DNA of 61,958 nucleotides, filler included, from Asterionella formosa (GCA_002256025.1; 21 parts of 21 records of this genome joined end to end with filler, not necessarily neighbours in it), one strand, 5' to 3'. Shown: positions 50,579-61,958, counted from the whole stretch's first letter. Translations and numbers: made by a program. Notes: a model not told the origin generated them from the letters alone.

Positions 50579-51235
50579 ATGAACAACAATACCACACCAA
50601 ATATAATTGAAGAGATCCCTTCTCACGAATTGTACGCTTCGATCGTTGGGATTTCAGCATCATCAACATCAACATCAACATCAACATCAGTGCGACGAGT
50701 TCATCCCCCTTTATTGGCGAATCTGATTCCAACAACAACAAGTACAACAACCACTCGTGATATTCAAAGTAGTACACCATTGACTGCTGTGTATCAAAAG
50801 GCAACAGTATCAGTGACAAAAATGTCATGTTTGAAACTTGATACAAGCAATAAAGGATTTCAGCTATTACAACAACTTGGATGGCAGGAACAGGACGGGG
50901 GGTTAGGACGATATCGACAAGGGTCACTAGAACCAATCAAGACAATTCGTCTCAACTGCAATAACAAAAAAGGACTTTGTCACGCTATTATCACAGAAGC
51001 AAGAATAACTCATGTGACTCCACCATCACAGACGAATAATAGTACTAGTACTTTTCAAGAACCAAAAAAGGAAACAAAAGGTCAAAGGAAACGACGACGA
51101 CACCTAAATCACGAGAACGAACGTCGGAACGACAAGGAGATTCGTTTCCTAATACAGATTAATGAGACGGAGGAATATGAACAACTCTATCGATCCATCA
51201 TGAGTCCACAATGTTCGACCAAGCGACGTAAATGA
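50579..51235 (+). CDS. G-patch domain protein
   Basis: G-patch motif LDTSNKGFQLLQQLGWQEQDGGLGRYRQGSLEPI; basic NLS-like RKRRR. Confidence 0.85.
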   Translation: MNNNTTPNIIEEIPSHELYASIVGISASSTSTSTSTSVRRVHPPLLANLIPTTTSTTTTRDIQSSTPLTAVYQKATVSVTKMSCLKLDTSNKGFQLLQQLGWQEQDGGLGRYRQGSLEPIKTIRLNCNNKKGLCHAIITEARITHVTPPSQTNNSTSTFQEPKKETKGQRKRRRHLNHENERRNDKEIRFLIQINETEEYEQLYRSIMSPQCSTKRRK

Positions 51236-51329
51236 CGCTTTTGATATGGTCTTGCTAATACACTCTTTTAATTTCTAGTGGAACGAATCCATTGATCCCC
51301 CTCTCATGTTGTTATTCTTATAGTGTTAT

Positions 51330-52349
51330 CTAGTACTTGGTTGGAGGTCCAGTTTTGTCTTGACCACGTTGTTGACTAGGAAGCGCCAGCCCAGCCGCTC
51401 GAGCACTACTGTTATTAGTAGTGTAGCTGTCATCGGCAGAACGACGATCCGTACCACTACCGGTAGCAGCAGTCCGACCAGATCTACTATTATCCATAGG
51501 TCGGTCCTCTCGTCGACCTGAGAAAAATTTCGGATCAACCATGGACTTGTCACAAAAGTTAGGATCCACAATACCCCACCATGCCAATGGCCACATTGGT
51601 TGATTTGGTGGGAAATCCTCTGGGAATATTGGAATTCTAGTCGTAGTACTATTCGTGTCATCCTCAAACACGTTGTCAGGTGCTAGAAAGGATCCAGACA
51701 AGTCAATATAGTCATTCTCAGTAGCTACGAGTTCCAATTTCCCACAAAGACTTCGAAGAGAGGAAAGGGTATTCGTTTCCAATACACCCATGACAGTGGG
51801 TGGTGGCATCTGTGTAGGTTGCGCCAACGGTGGAGGCGGTGTGGCAATACCTTGTTGTAGTTCTTGTTGTTGATACTGTGCCGCTTGTTCCCACGGATCT
51901 CCACCCATAATCATTAGAGGCTGTGATGACTGTTCCGCAAGTCGCCGTCGATGATTCGAGTTGCTTCGTTTATTACTAATAGTAAGTGATTTGATGGCTT
52001 CTGGTGCTGGTTTCATGCCTTGAAGTAATGATGGGATTGGTGCTTTGCTATTATTATTAGCAGCAGCATCATTAGTAGTAGTAGCGGACGAATCGTCAGT
52101 TGCTAATGTCGCTGATGGCAACGGAATCATGGCGGATGGCGTTCGACGAGGAATGCCTTTTGTCGATTGATGATTCATGCTGATCATTTTATTGCCGTCG
52201 TTGTTCAGGCGAGGGACTTTTGGAACAACAGTTCCTTGTTGTTGTTGTTTCTGCTCGACAGGCGTGGGACTGGCAGATGCCAGCATCCTTGCTTCGTTCT
52301 CATCATCATCATCGCTATCGTGGATGGATCGTCTCAATCGTTTCACCAT
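51330..52349 (-). CDS. Hypothetical low-complexity protein (339 aa)
   Basis: ATG-initiated ORF, Q/P/S-rich, with a conserved-looking IPIFPEDFP...WPLAWWGIVDP block. Confidence 0.75.
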   Translation of the reverse strand: MVKRLRRSIHDSDDDDENEARMLASASPTPVEQKQQQQGTVVPKVPRLNNDGNKMISMNHQSTKGIPRRTPSAMIPLPSATLATDDSSATTTNDAAANNNSKAPIPSLLQGMKPAPEAIKSLTISNKRSNSNHRRRLAEQSSQPLMIMGGDPWEQAAQYQQQELQQGIATPPPPLAQPTQMPPPTVMGVLETNTLSSLRSLCGKLELVATENDYIDLSGSFLAPDNVFEDDTNSTTTRIPIFPEDFPPNQPMWPLAWWGIVDPNFCDKSMVDPKFFSGRREDRPMDNSRSGRTAATGSGTDRRSADDSYTTNNSSARAAGLALPSQQRGQDKTGPPTKY

Positions 52350-52994
52350 CTTTGTTCTCCTGAAGTTGCTTGGCAGTGAATTCTTGTGTTGTATTTAATG
52401 GCATTAAACATCAACGACAACTACAAGACCAATAACATAATAATTAATAATCTTGCTTAGATGTAGAGAGCCAAAAGACGGAACCGTCGTCCTTTTTGTG
52501 CTTGATGACGATTGGCTTGCAGATAAAATGTGCAGCGACGAAAAGTACTGGAAGATACGGGATAATTGGCAAGCTACCTACAGCAAGCTGCAAACTGGAG
52601 TACCAGGTACAATGTAGACTACCTGGTACTACCAGTGCTAGGACGAGAATGTAGCTCCATTTCAAGATGGCATAGTGACTGCGTATCTCGCAAACAAATT
52701 ACCGGTACCTGGTACCAGGTACCAGTACCTTGAAAAATGTCACATCACTGCGTTGCTCCTTCTTCAGAACCGGTATGATTGAACTGATACGGAGTACCCC
52801 GGTGCCGGGTACCTGGTACCAGTACTGGTACCAGGTGCGCACCGTGAACTATAGTAGAGCTCATGATCTGTTCGGAAGTAGTATGTTACTGGTGCCTGGT
52901 ACTGGTAGACTACCGGTAGCTGGTACCGGTACCAGGTTACAGTTTGTCACCCTGGTTTGTGGCGGTCGTAACTTCAAACTTTCATACATACATA

Positions 52995-53084
52995 CCGTAT
53001 ACTTCATTGTCCTGGACCCCCCAATGTACACTGCCGTGACTGAATTTGACTGATTTTACTTAAGGGGGGCCCAGGACAATGAAG
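52995..53084 (+). mobile_element. Probable Tc1/mariner-pogo-type terminus with internal hairpin
   Basis: TA|CCGTAT terminus; CTTCATTGTCCTGGACCCCCC pairs with GGGGGGCCCAGGACAATGAAG (1 mismatch). Confidence 0.55.
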
Positions 53085-53258
53085 AGATTTCCCTTATAAT
53101 GGACCTAAGTAAATTTCTNNNNNNNNNNNNNNNNNNNNNNNNNNNNNNNNNNNNNNNNNNNNTTAATTAATTAANNNNNNNNNNNNNNNNNNNNNNNNNN
53201 NNNNNNNNNNNNNNNNNNGAGAAGGCAAGTAGCAGCCGCCGAGAAGGGTATTGTTGAG

Positions 53259-55363
53259 GCAATTCCCGCTCTAGCTATCGTCGATTCATTCGGCATAACT
53301 GTCAATTTTAGCCTACTATTGCCAATCATATAAAATATATTTTGGATATTTCCTATCTTCACCTCGAAAATTGCCAAAGGTCCGATATTGCCCATCATTA
53401 AAAGACATTTTGTATATTTCATATGTTCGCCTTTTTGCAAGACAACAGACGCCAATTGCCCCTCGGTTTTCCAGCCCTGGGATTGCCGAAATCGGCAAGG
53501 GGTCTACTTAAGGAAACCATTTTATTTACTATGCAGATTCTGATAATTTATATCTAGAATTCACCTCGTTTTTGTTCTTCTCCTGAAAAGTGGACTCCGG
53601 CAATTCACCTTTCACCATGCCAATCATCGTCCATCATGACCAGTTTGAAGCGAAATCAGTTCCGCAATGACGCCAGTAGCGATTCTTTGCCTAACAGATG
53701 CGGTTGATTGTTGGATTGCTTGTCTTCTCGAGGCATTCATGTAGTCGCATCGTCCATATTTCGTCAGACGAACGATGATATCGATACATCTGATGTTGGT
53801 GGCAAGTTTTTGCTCCGGTCATGTATGTGATGATGCTTAACGGATATTCTACCGGTACTACCGGCAGTCATCTAGTCTACATACGTACGTGGTACTAAAA
53901 TAACCATGCATGGTTTAAGCTATACTTTAACTCTTACTTTGAACACATTATAATATTATCTCTGTAGACTCGGTATTATTTTTAATAGACCTGAAATGTT
54001 AAATTATATCGTTCACATCTTCATTGATTTTATGTACCGTATGCCTGATTTCGTCCTCACAAATATAGTTCTAACTCTATCTTGCCTGCCTTTACTCTAT
54101 TCGGGCTTGCAATAGGCAACGTTCGTCTTTCTTTGATCCCATTGTCTGCTGCTTGTTATGCTAGTTGAAGCGGATCGGTGAGTACAACAGTGAAACACTA
54201 AATGTGGATTGTAGATCGTATTTATCGAATTCCGATTTGATTGCTTCCGTGGTTTGTTCTGATCGCTTCCGTCGTTGTTTGTCGTTCCACACTGTCGTTT
54301 TGTTTCGATTGTATATATCTACAGAAGAAGGAATGCATTTATCAATGAATACTCATTGAAGATGTGGTATTGTGCTGTTGTTCTTGTTGTTGATCGTATT
54401 TGTTGATTTGTATAGTCATTGACAATGATGTCAATATTGCTGCCAAGCAATGCTTTTCTTGTACTAACGCGCTTTGCTACATTTCTACTACGAGTTCGTA
54501 TCAGAAGCTGCGTATATTCAGCTAGAGGGAGTCGATAGTGCTGAAGCAGCCTGGCGATTATGCTCAATCAGAATGGATTGGAATGGAATGACGATCATGG
54601 TTGTTTGGTGGGAGGAACAAGGACTGTGGGCGGAAGGACTGCAACTTGGTGTGTCAGGCTCCTACAGCGATGTGCATGGTTACAGCAAGCAGATTATCTA
54701 CACTAAATAACGATGCAGGTCAAGATTGGGTTCAGCTTTTTCCCTTCTTATTTCGGTCGTTGATTGTGTGGTGATGGAAAGTCAATGTTGCCTGGTGTGT
54801 AAGTACTACAATGATTCACAATGCATGCGTCTCCATTGAAACTCTTATTTTTTTCTTCATTTCTAACCCAAAACAATTTTTTCTATTTCTCATTTGACAC
54901 TACTGATTACATCGCATTTCATTCTTTGGTTGCTCCAATCATCATGTTCAATTATCATTGATGTTGCATGTTACAATCATTCTCGTGTGTATTACGCTTG
55001 TTGTACCAGTATCATCTCTTTGCTTATTTTTTTCTTCGTTTCTAACCCAAAACAATTTTTTCTATTTCTCATTTGATGCTACTTATTACATCGCATTTCA
55101 TACTTTGGTTGCTCCAAACATCATGTTCAATTTTCATTGATGTTGCATGTTACAATCATTCTCGTGTGTTTTACACTTGTTGTACCATCTCCATGCATAT
55201 TACCGTTATTCTGGTTGTCATGCTAAAATCGGCAATTTTATTGCCGAAAAATTCGATGTGCCCCATATTGCCCTTAAATAAAAATTACTTAAGAAATTAC
55301 TTAGAGCCTAAAAATTACTTTCAAGTACCCGAATGGCAAGACGATAGCTGGAGCGGGGTTTGC
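53259..55363. mobile_element. Apparently complete non-autonomous TIR element, family A (about 2.1 kb)
   Basis: Left end GCAATTCCCGCTCTAGCTATCGTCGATTCATTCGG versus right-end reverse complement GCAAACCCCGCTCCAGCTATCGTCTTGCCATTCGG. ATTGCC-rich subterminal motifs and an internal duplication of about 180 bp (54843-55186). No transposase. Confidence 0.72.
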
Positions 55364-55756
55364 AAAGGCGGAAGCTTTGTCACATATATGTAACCTGACA
55401 TTTTGCAAAATTCCACATCTAATACCAGTATTTGCTGTGCCTGTGGCTGCCAAACAGTGGTTTCATTTCATTTTGTCAGGTATGTGTATTACCTCCACTA
55501 CCTCAAACCATACGACTACAGGTAAAGAATAATTGAGAAACAAAATAGCCACAAGATGAAGATTTGGTACAAGTCAACAGCAAAATTGGACTACCGGTAA
55601 TACATGGATTAAATGAAACGGCTCATGAAAGTGAAGGAATTGTGGTTACCATTCAGAGGACACAATGTGATATAGCACTGTATATAAATAGTAGTGCATT
55701 GAGTGCATAATCAGTGAAACTATCAGCAAAAAGCATATGAGCCATTGTTTGCCTTT

Positions 55757-56065
55757 TTAAACAAGTCCATCACCGTATTTAGTAAACGGATCTGGGGTAC
55801 CATGGCTGTACTCCTCCAAGCATGCCGCAACATCAGCAAAACTCATTTTCTTGACATAATCAGGACGCATGGATCCCTTGTATCCCAAAAACCCCGTCAC
55901 TTTAGGATTTCTAAATGAAAAATTGAATAAAACACGAGTGCTATTGCTCAAGTTGGCGTTTCCACAGTGCAGCAGTCGAGCGTCAAAGACAACAGCGTCA
56001 CCTTTTTTCAGCGTCGACACAGCGCATTTGGATGTTCGTAGCAATTCATCCCGTTTTGTGTGATC
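55757..56065 (-). CDS. Phytanoyl-CoA dioxygenase (PhyH)-family 2OG-Fe(II) dioxygenase, C-terminal part
   Basis: Motif LKKGDAVVFDARLLHCGNAN.S..TRVLFNFSF. Confidence 0.8.
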   Translation of the reverse strand, partial: DHTKRDELLRTSKCAVSTLKKGDAVVFDARLLHCGNANLSNSTRVLFNFSFRNPKVTGFLGYKGSMRPDYVKKMSFADVAACLEEYSHGTPDPFTKYGDGLV

Positions 56066-56496
56066 NNNNNNNNNNNNNNNNNNNNNNNNNNNNNNNNNNN
56101 NNNNNNNNNTTAATTAATTAANNNNNNNNNNNNNNNNNNNNNNNNNNNNNNNNNNNNNNNNNNNNGGGAGTCTGACTCGTCAGGAAATGCCTGACCTCAG
56201 CTTGCAGCTAATAACACGGACATTTTGTACATACTGGTATGACAACTCCCCTCAGGGAGCAATTGTCGTCGTGTGAATGATTACCGGTAGACTACCTGGT
56301 ACCAGGTAGCAAGTACCAGGCAAGTAATGTTACAAATTTCGAAAAGCGAACAATGACCCGAGATCGGCGGGACCGACTGGACGAACAAACTTGCAAAAAA
56401 TGCAAGCCAGTATTAATCATGCCCACAAAATCAAAATCACCTTCCTCATCAGCCACATTAAAACGCACGAAACGATCTCCCTTTTGTAACTGCACG

Positions 56497-58113
56497 ATGC
56501 CCCAACCTTCCACAGACGACGAGCATGACGAGTTCAAGCCTCACAAGGGTGCGACTCTCAATACGCCCATGCTGCACATGATTCTGGAGCCGCTCCTTCC
56601 CTTCCTGCAGCCCTTCCTCACTGCCCTCTATCGACTGCGGTGGGCGCTCACTCGACCCATGGAGATTAGAATCCTTCCCAATTGGTTCCCACTACTGCCT
56701 GGGCTCAAGAACTTGCCCTACGTCAACTTCGGCGAGCTCTTGATGATCGCGCCCCTGATCATCTTGCTATTTGCTGGATACAGCTACACCTTTGTCGCTG
56801 TCGACGTTGCGAGTAGCGGAACCGTGGCGTCTTACGCGCTATACGTGGTATTTCTGTCGGCCAATAAGTCCAACTCTCTGTTTACCTTCCTCCTTGGCAT
56901 TCCCTTTGAGCGCATGATTCCTTACCATCGACTCGCCTCTGTCGTTGCCATCACTTTGGGAGCATTTCACTGCTACGGAGCGTTTCATGTCGATACCGTT
57001 CCCAACCTGCCCGACTTTCTTGTAAGTGACGACACGAACCTGACTGGAACACTGTTGCTAGCTTTCATGATTGGCTTGGTGGCCTTGTCGCTGCTTCCCA
57101 TTCTCCGTCGGAACTTTTTCAATGTGTGGCTCTGGACACACGTCAGTTTGGCTATTGGAACGCTGGTCTTTTGCTTCCTACACAATGTCTCTTCCATCAT
57201 TTTCGTTGCCATCTGGTGGGCTGTGGATGTGATGATGCGATACCTCGTCCAGGCCAAGTGTCGTCTCCATGCCAAGGACGCAACCATTCGGTTGCTTCAA
57301 CACGATTTGGTAGAGATTACATTTAGCAAACCAAAAGGATTTCACTACAATCCTGGACAATTTGTTCAAATTGCGATCCCGAAGATTTCGGTTTTGGAAT
57401 TTCATCCCGTATCCATATCAACGGCTCCTCATGAGGAGAACGTGACATTTATAATGCGTGCCTTGGGCGACTGGACCAAAAAATTGGTAGCATTGGCAGA
57501 TGAGTCTTCCGCAGGGTTGGACATTTTAATCGAAGGCCCGTATGGATCCGTTAGTGTCGACATGGACAACGACGACCGGTTCAAAATGTTCCTTTTGGTA
57601 TCAGGCGGGATCGGTGTTACCCATTGTCAATCAATAGGTAAGGCACTGGTCCATCAAGCTACTGTTGGTCGGGACCTCAAAGCATTAAAGTTTGTTTGGG
57701 CGGTACGAAATTTGGATATGGTGGATGACATTCCACCACTGGGTGGAGCCAATGGACGCTGTGTTGCTACTGATAACGACGGTGCGCCAAATGAACGATC
57801 TGGCGTGGAGCGTCCACGTCCCAAGCGACAAGTGATTCAAACTGATGTATATGTTACATCAGCTGGAGCCGCGTACGATCCAGAAGCTCCTCGGAACTAC
57901 AATGTTCGTGAAGGCCGTCCAGATTTAGATGCTATCTTCTTGGATATGAAGAAACAAGCACAACTACAAGGCGAGCACAGTATTGCTGTGTTTGGATGTG
58001 GACCAGCTCCATTGATGGACTCATTGCGAGAGGCTTGCCGGAAACATTCACAATCTGTGGTGGGCTGTGGTGGTGTATTTTTTGACCTTCACATGGAAAT
58101 TTTTGAATTTTAA
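56497..58113 (+). CDS. Ferric reductase/NADPH-oxidase-like transmembrane oxidoreductase
   Basis: Haem-ligand helices (YHRLAS...FHCY; THVSL...LHN), YNPGQFV, FAD motif EFHPVSIS, EGPYG, NADPH motif SGGIGVT, GRPD, CGP and terminal EIFEF. No EF-hands. In-frame upstream starts reach back to 56353. Confidence 0.92.
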   Translation: MPQPSTDDEHDEFKPHKGATLNTPMLHMILEPLLPFLQPFLTALYRLRWALTRPMEIRILPNWFPLLPGLKNLPYVNFGELLMIAPLIILLFAGYSYTFVAVDVASSGTVASYALYVVFLSANKSNSLFTFLLGIPFERMIPYHRLASVVAITLGAFHCYGAFHVDTVPNLPDFLVSDDTNLTGTLLLAFMIGLVALSLLPILRRNFFNVWLWTHVSLAIGTLVFCFLHNVSSIIFVAIWWAVDVMMRYLVQAKCRLHAKDATIRLLQHDLVEITFSKPKGFHYNPGQFVQIAIPKISVLEFHPVSISTAPHEENVTFIMRALGDWTKKLVALADESSAGLDILIEGPYGSVSVDMDNDDRFKMFLLVSGGIGVTHCQSIGKALVHQATVGRDLKALKFVWAVRNLDMVDDIPPLGGANGRCVATDNDGAPNERSGVERPRPKRQVIQTDVYVTSAGAAYDPEAPRNYNVREGRPDLDAIFLDMKKQAQLQGEHSIAVFGCGPAPLMDSLREACRKHSQSVVGCGGVFFDLHMEIFEF

Positions 58114-58378
58114 TTTTGTTTAATCAGTAACTACCGTTTGTTCTTGTAAAGCTTTCGCTATGATTTTCTACTAAATCTTTAAATAATAGTCAGTATAGTG
58201 ATGAAGCGTTCACAATACTTGGTAGGAGTATGACACATGTAGATGATAGCAGAAATAAAATGTTTTGGCTTTCAATTGTTGTCGCCACGGTATACTATAC
58301 TTTAACCCAAAACACATACTTGTAAGTATAATACCCCAGAAATTCGTCTTTCATCCCTCGTTGGTGTCCTTCATATTT

Positions 58379-58975
58379 CTATTGAGGATTCATCTTTTCT
58401 TTCAATGACTTTGAGACAGTAAATCCAAGACTCTTGGATGCCTTGATTTCAATAGATTCTCCAGTCTGTGGATTACGACCAGTTCTAGCAGATCGTTCGG
58501 ACAATTTGAAAGTCCCAAATCCCAAGAAATTAATGCGCTTTCCAGAAGAAACTTCCTGTGAATAAAATTGTGTTAGGATTCGTTTTGGCTGTCAACGAGG
58601 AGCTTTGCACATGTGTATCTCTCAATCTGTGACAAAATCAAACCGCCTTATTGGCACAAACACAAAACACACCTCTTGAATGGTTTCTAAAACTGCCGTC
58701 AACACAGCATCTGCATCTTTCTTGGAAACTCCCGTCTTTTCTGAAATACTTGCCAAGAATTCTGGTTTGCGGACCGTTGGAGCAGGTGGAGCTTTCGTCA
58801 CCGCAGCAGAGTCCGCTTTCTTGGACACTTTTTTGGTGGACGCTGCTTTCTTCTCTGCTGCGTTCAATTCCAAGAGAGACGACACCCGAGGGACACCCTT
58901 GACAAAGGCAAAGGAAGGAACTGTCAAAACAGTAAGGACAAGAAGGACGAGGAGAAGAGGTCTCATGATGGCCAT
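58379..58975 (-). CDS. Plastid-targeted bacterial-type histone-like protein HU (exon 1 58975-58673, intron 58672-58556, exon 2 58555-58379)
   Basis: Signal peptide ending SFA-F, Lys/Ala-rich linker, then the HU domain KPEFLASISEKTGVSKKDADAVL...GFGTF...ARTGRNPQTGESIEIKAS. Phase-0 GT...CACAG intron. Confidence 0.93.
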
Positions 58976-59112
58976 GTTGGACTAAAAATAAAATAAAACG
59001 AACCTATGGTACNNNNNNNNNNNNNNNNNNNNNNNNNNNNNNNNNNNNNNNNNNNNTTAATTAATTAANNNNNNNNNNNNNNNNNNNNNNNNNNNNNNNN
59101 NNNNNNNNNNNN

Positions 59113-60690
59113 GGATGGGGAATTATTTGCTAACCACACGCTCAAGACCGAGTTGTCTCTGCTGCACATCTCGGTGGAGCCCACTGGCGCGTACTCCTCC
59201 TCGCAAAACGGAAAAGCTGAGGTCTCCATTAAACTTATTGGACTCATGGCTCAATGTCTCTTGTATGGACCCGCTTCTCGAGAATGGGGAGAAAATGTTG
59301 ATAAAGTGCCCTGTGGACAAATGGGCCTAATCAAAAATCGAGCAGATCAATGCATCTACCAAGGTACAATTAATCAATGTCATGTCATCTTAGCTAGAGC
59401 CACTGATGATATTTTGATAGGAACTTTGTCACTGGATACATACAACCATATTGTTACTACTCTTGAATCTTACTGGAAGATACACAATATGGGGCAAGTC
59501 TCTCATTTTTTGGCCTCTGATTCCTGTTTAGTTCCAATTGTACGACAATTTACCACACTCATATGGTTCATGACGTTCTTCAATATGTTTATGGTTTGTC
59601 CTGGGATAACCAAATTATCTCGAGAACCAACATGATTCCTATGCTCAATGGCGTACAACATGAAGAAGCACTCGCTAGTTGTATACCATATTCTTTAAGT
59701 GAACTTCATAAAGCGATTCAACTTTATGGCTTTGAATATAGGACGTTGTTGGGGCAATTTCAATACCTATGCCAATGGACCAGGCTTGATATACAAACAG
59801 CAGTACAAAGGCTGGCTCAATATCAAAATGCTCCTGGATCATTACATTTTGATGCGTTACTACAAATTGCGAAACACCTCCGTCAATATCCGGATATTCC
59901 ACTTGCATTCAACAGAAAAGTATCTAGGGGTTCCACGGTTTCGGTTTCACATATCAGTCAAGCTGCTCCGTGGCTGGGTGAACCTACTGTCATCAGCGTT
60001 GAAGCTCACCAATTTGACAAAGATCAAACTTTCTGGCATATGCCCCGTATTATGACTAGTCTGATCTCCACTTCATCAGTATCTACCTCATTATCATCCA
60101 CGCTTCAAGAACAGAAACATTTTTCTAATATCAGCAAACCTCTTCTTGGAATAGCACCTACCGCCAAAGGCTATGCGGATGCTAACTTTGGAGGTGCCAT
60201 ATTTGACCGGTTAGCATATTCTGGTGGTGTCATTATGATTAATGATACTGCAGTAATTACATTGTGCCGCAAACAAAGTACAACAGCATACAATACTACT
60301 GAAGCAGAACTTGATGCAGCCACCACCTTATCTAAACATGTTTTGTGGCTACGCATTTACATGGAGGATAGTATGTCAATTTCTTATCATGATGATATCT
60401 CCATTAGAGAAGACAATTCTGCTGCACAAATCATTGCGCATGCGGGTAACTTAACACGCAATGTCCCTCATATTGCTACAAAAACGCAGGCTTTGCAAGA
60501 AAATGTCTGCCATGGCAGAGTCCATTTTACCCGGGTCTCGTCTGCTCACAATTTAGCCGACCATTTTACCAAGGCACTCCCGTATTCTACTCTACGTGCA
60601 CATTGCATGACTATGATGGGATATCAATTTATCGATGCCGGTCATCGTGCGGTCGCCACGCTCGCACGAACTGACAAATCAGTTCTTTGA
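59113..60690 (+). mobile_element. Ty1/copia RT + RNase H remnant, frameshifted
   Basis: Motifs DQCIY, ATDDIL, YRTLLG.FQYL..WTRLDI, GYADANF, TTEAELDA, EDNSAA, NLADHFTKAL. Confidence 0.9.
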
Positions 60691-60728
60691 CAATCATTGA
60701 TTCTACTCCTTTTATCTCATTTTGTTAT

Positions 60729-60956
60729 GAGATGGGGGGCTGTTATGAATCACCTCTTTACATGACGTGTCAGTATATGTCTGTGTCTGTTTGTCTGACA
60801 GTACCTATGCATCTTATTTAAATCATCGTTCTTCTATATCAACTTAATCTAATCACTCTTTTAACAAAGACACCTTCCAATTTCCGTTTCAGCTTGTCAG
60901 GTTAGTTATCGGACTCCCCTCTTCTATCGTGTTTCTTGTTTGCCTGATCCCTTGCA
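60729..60956 (+). repeat. PPT and probable 3' LTR (starts 60741)
   Basis: GAGATGGGGGGC|TGTTATGA directly after RNase H; the LTR end is uncertain. Confidence 0.55.
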
Positions 60957-61154
60957 TGAAATCCATGAAATGCCATTGGGAAAGTTGTCAAAGGGCCAGA
61001 AGATTATGATGCAAAACAGTGGAAGGGAAACACGGAGAGTTTTGCGACGCTTCTGGAGGTACAGCTGGTGTCATGGTAACCGAGTGTAGTAATTGTTGAA
61101 CAGAGCACAGCAGTGTAATATGCATGTTCCGCCAGCGTAGTGTTAACACAATAC

Positions 61155-61830
61155 AGCTATAACAAGGAAAAACGACATGACAATGAACGTGAAGGCTGGT
61201 TGTTGAGGATACCGGTATGTGATATGAATCAATCCATTTCACAAATCATATTATAGTGATGTACATATCAATGCCTCCGTATACTTAGATCCTATACACC
61301 ATATAATACTATCATATTAACTGTTGGCTTTTACTGTATACATTAAGAGTCGAATTTATATATCAAGTAACATAATTATTATATATTTATTTATTTTCTG
61401 TGATGTATCGATAACACTTGCGTACGTATTTTATCAGGTTTTTTATCATTGTATTATTTTAACATAATCATATTTTGATCAAAAATATATCATAGACATT
61501 TCAAAAAATCATCATGGTGCTATGATCAATGTATCATAGCTAGCTATGTGATATGCTTTATTCAATACTAAGTATCATACTTTGGTAATGTATGCATCGA
61601 TGTAACCCCATCGTGATATCACATTATCATCTTATCAATCATGATGAGATGATTGGGAACTGTAGTATTCTGCATTGTACTACGAAGTATGATATTATAA
61701 CACGCACTTTAGTAGCTAAGCAAGTCACTCCTGTAATGTACACAAGCCAACAGTGCACATACACACACGCTTATCAGGTTTGAGGCAACAGACAGTGGTT
61801 CCAACGAGCAAATGACGATACCGCGGGTAC
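61155..61830. repeat. Repeat family B segment
   Basis: Aligns with 43095-43775. Confidence 0.88.
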
Positions 61831-61958
61831 CACTGGAGCGCGCTAGAGTAGCGCCATATATTTCAACATGGTAGCGGGCTCGTTAGTACAAGTGGTACGA
61901 GGAAGAACGTGAAAACCAGAGGTCGACAGTTCGAGTCCATCAGCAAGAACAGAAAGAA

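Noticed and set aside
55757..58113. Functional cluster of an Fe-dependent dioxygenase and a ferric reductase
   Set aside because: The two genes are on different contigs separated by a linker.

Overview
This is not one locus. It is 21 short contigs (about 2.85 kb each, roughly size-sorted) joined by an artificial 100-nt linker (44 N + TTAATTAATTAA + 44 N), so neighbours across linkers mean nothing and ORFs containing X are artefacts. The DNA is a eukaryotic nuclear genome, very probably a diatom: it has short GT-AG introns, a signal peptide ending in an ASAF-like motif, CoDi-type Ty1/copia elements and a diatom-style PGRL1 fragment. Much of the window is transposon-derived: copia pieces with LTRs/PPTs, a gypsy RT remnant, two PIF/Harbinger families, pogo/Tc1-like termini, a 2.1-kb non-autonomous TIR element (family A) and a large non-coding repeat (family B). 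Host genes: a PlsC acyltransferase, an MgtE transporter, an ABCA 5' end, a coiled-coil protein, a G-patch protein, a PhyH dioxygenase 3' end, a ferric reductase/NOX-like protein and a plastid-targeted HU. Most notable observations: (1) a spliced Crinkler/RHS-like ubiquitin-fold + P-loop NTPase gene; (2) a PGRL1 exon embedded in a repeat; (3) an in-frame UGA between copia gag and protease, suggesting readthrough; (4) widespread TA-CC..GG-TA motifs that behave like transposon excision footprints; (5) two TE-end hairpins with a conserved loop but different stems. All family assignments are from motif recognition by eye; no database searches were run.
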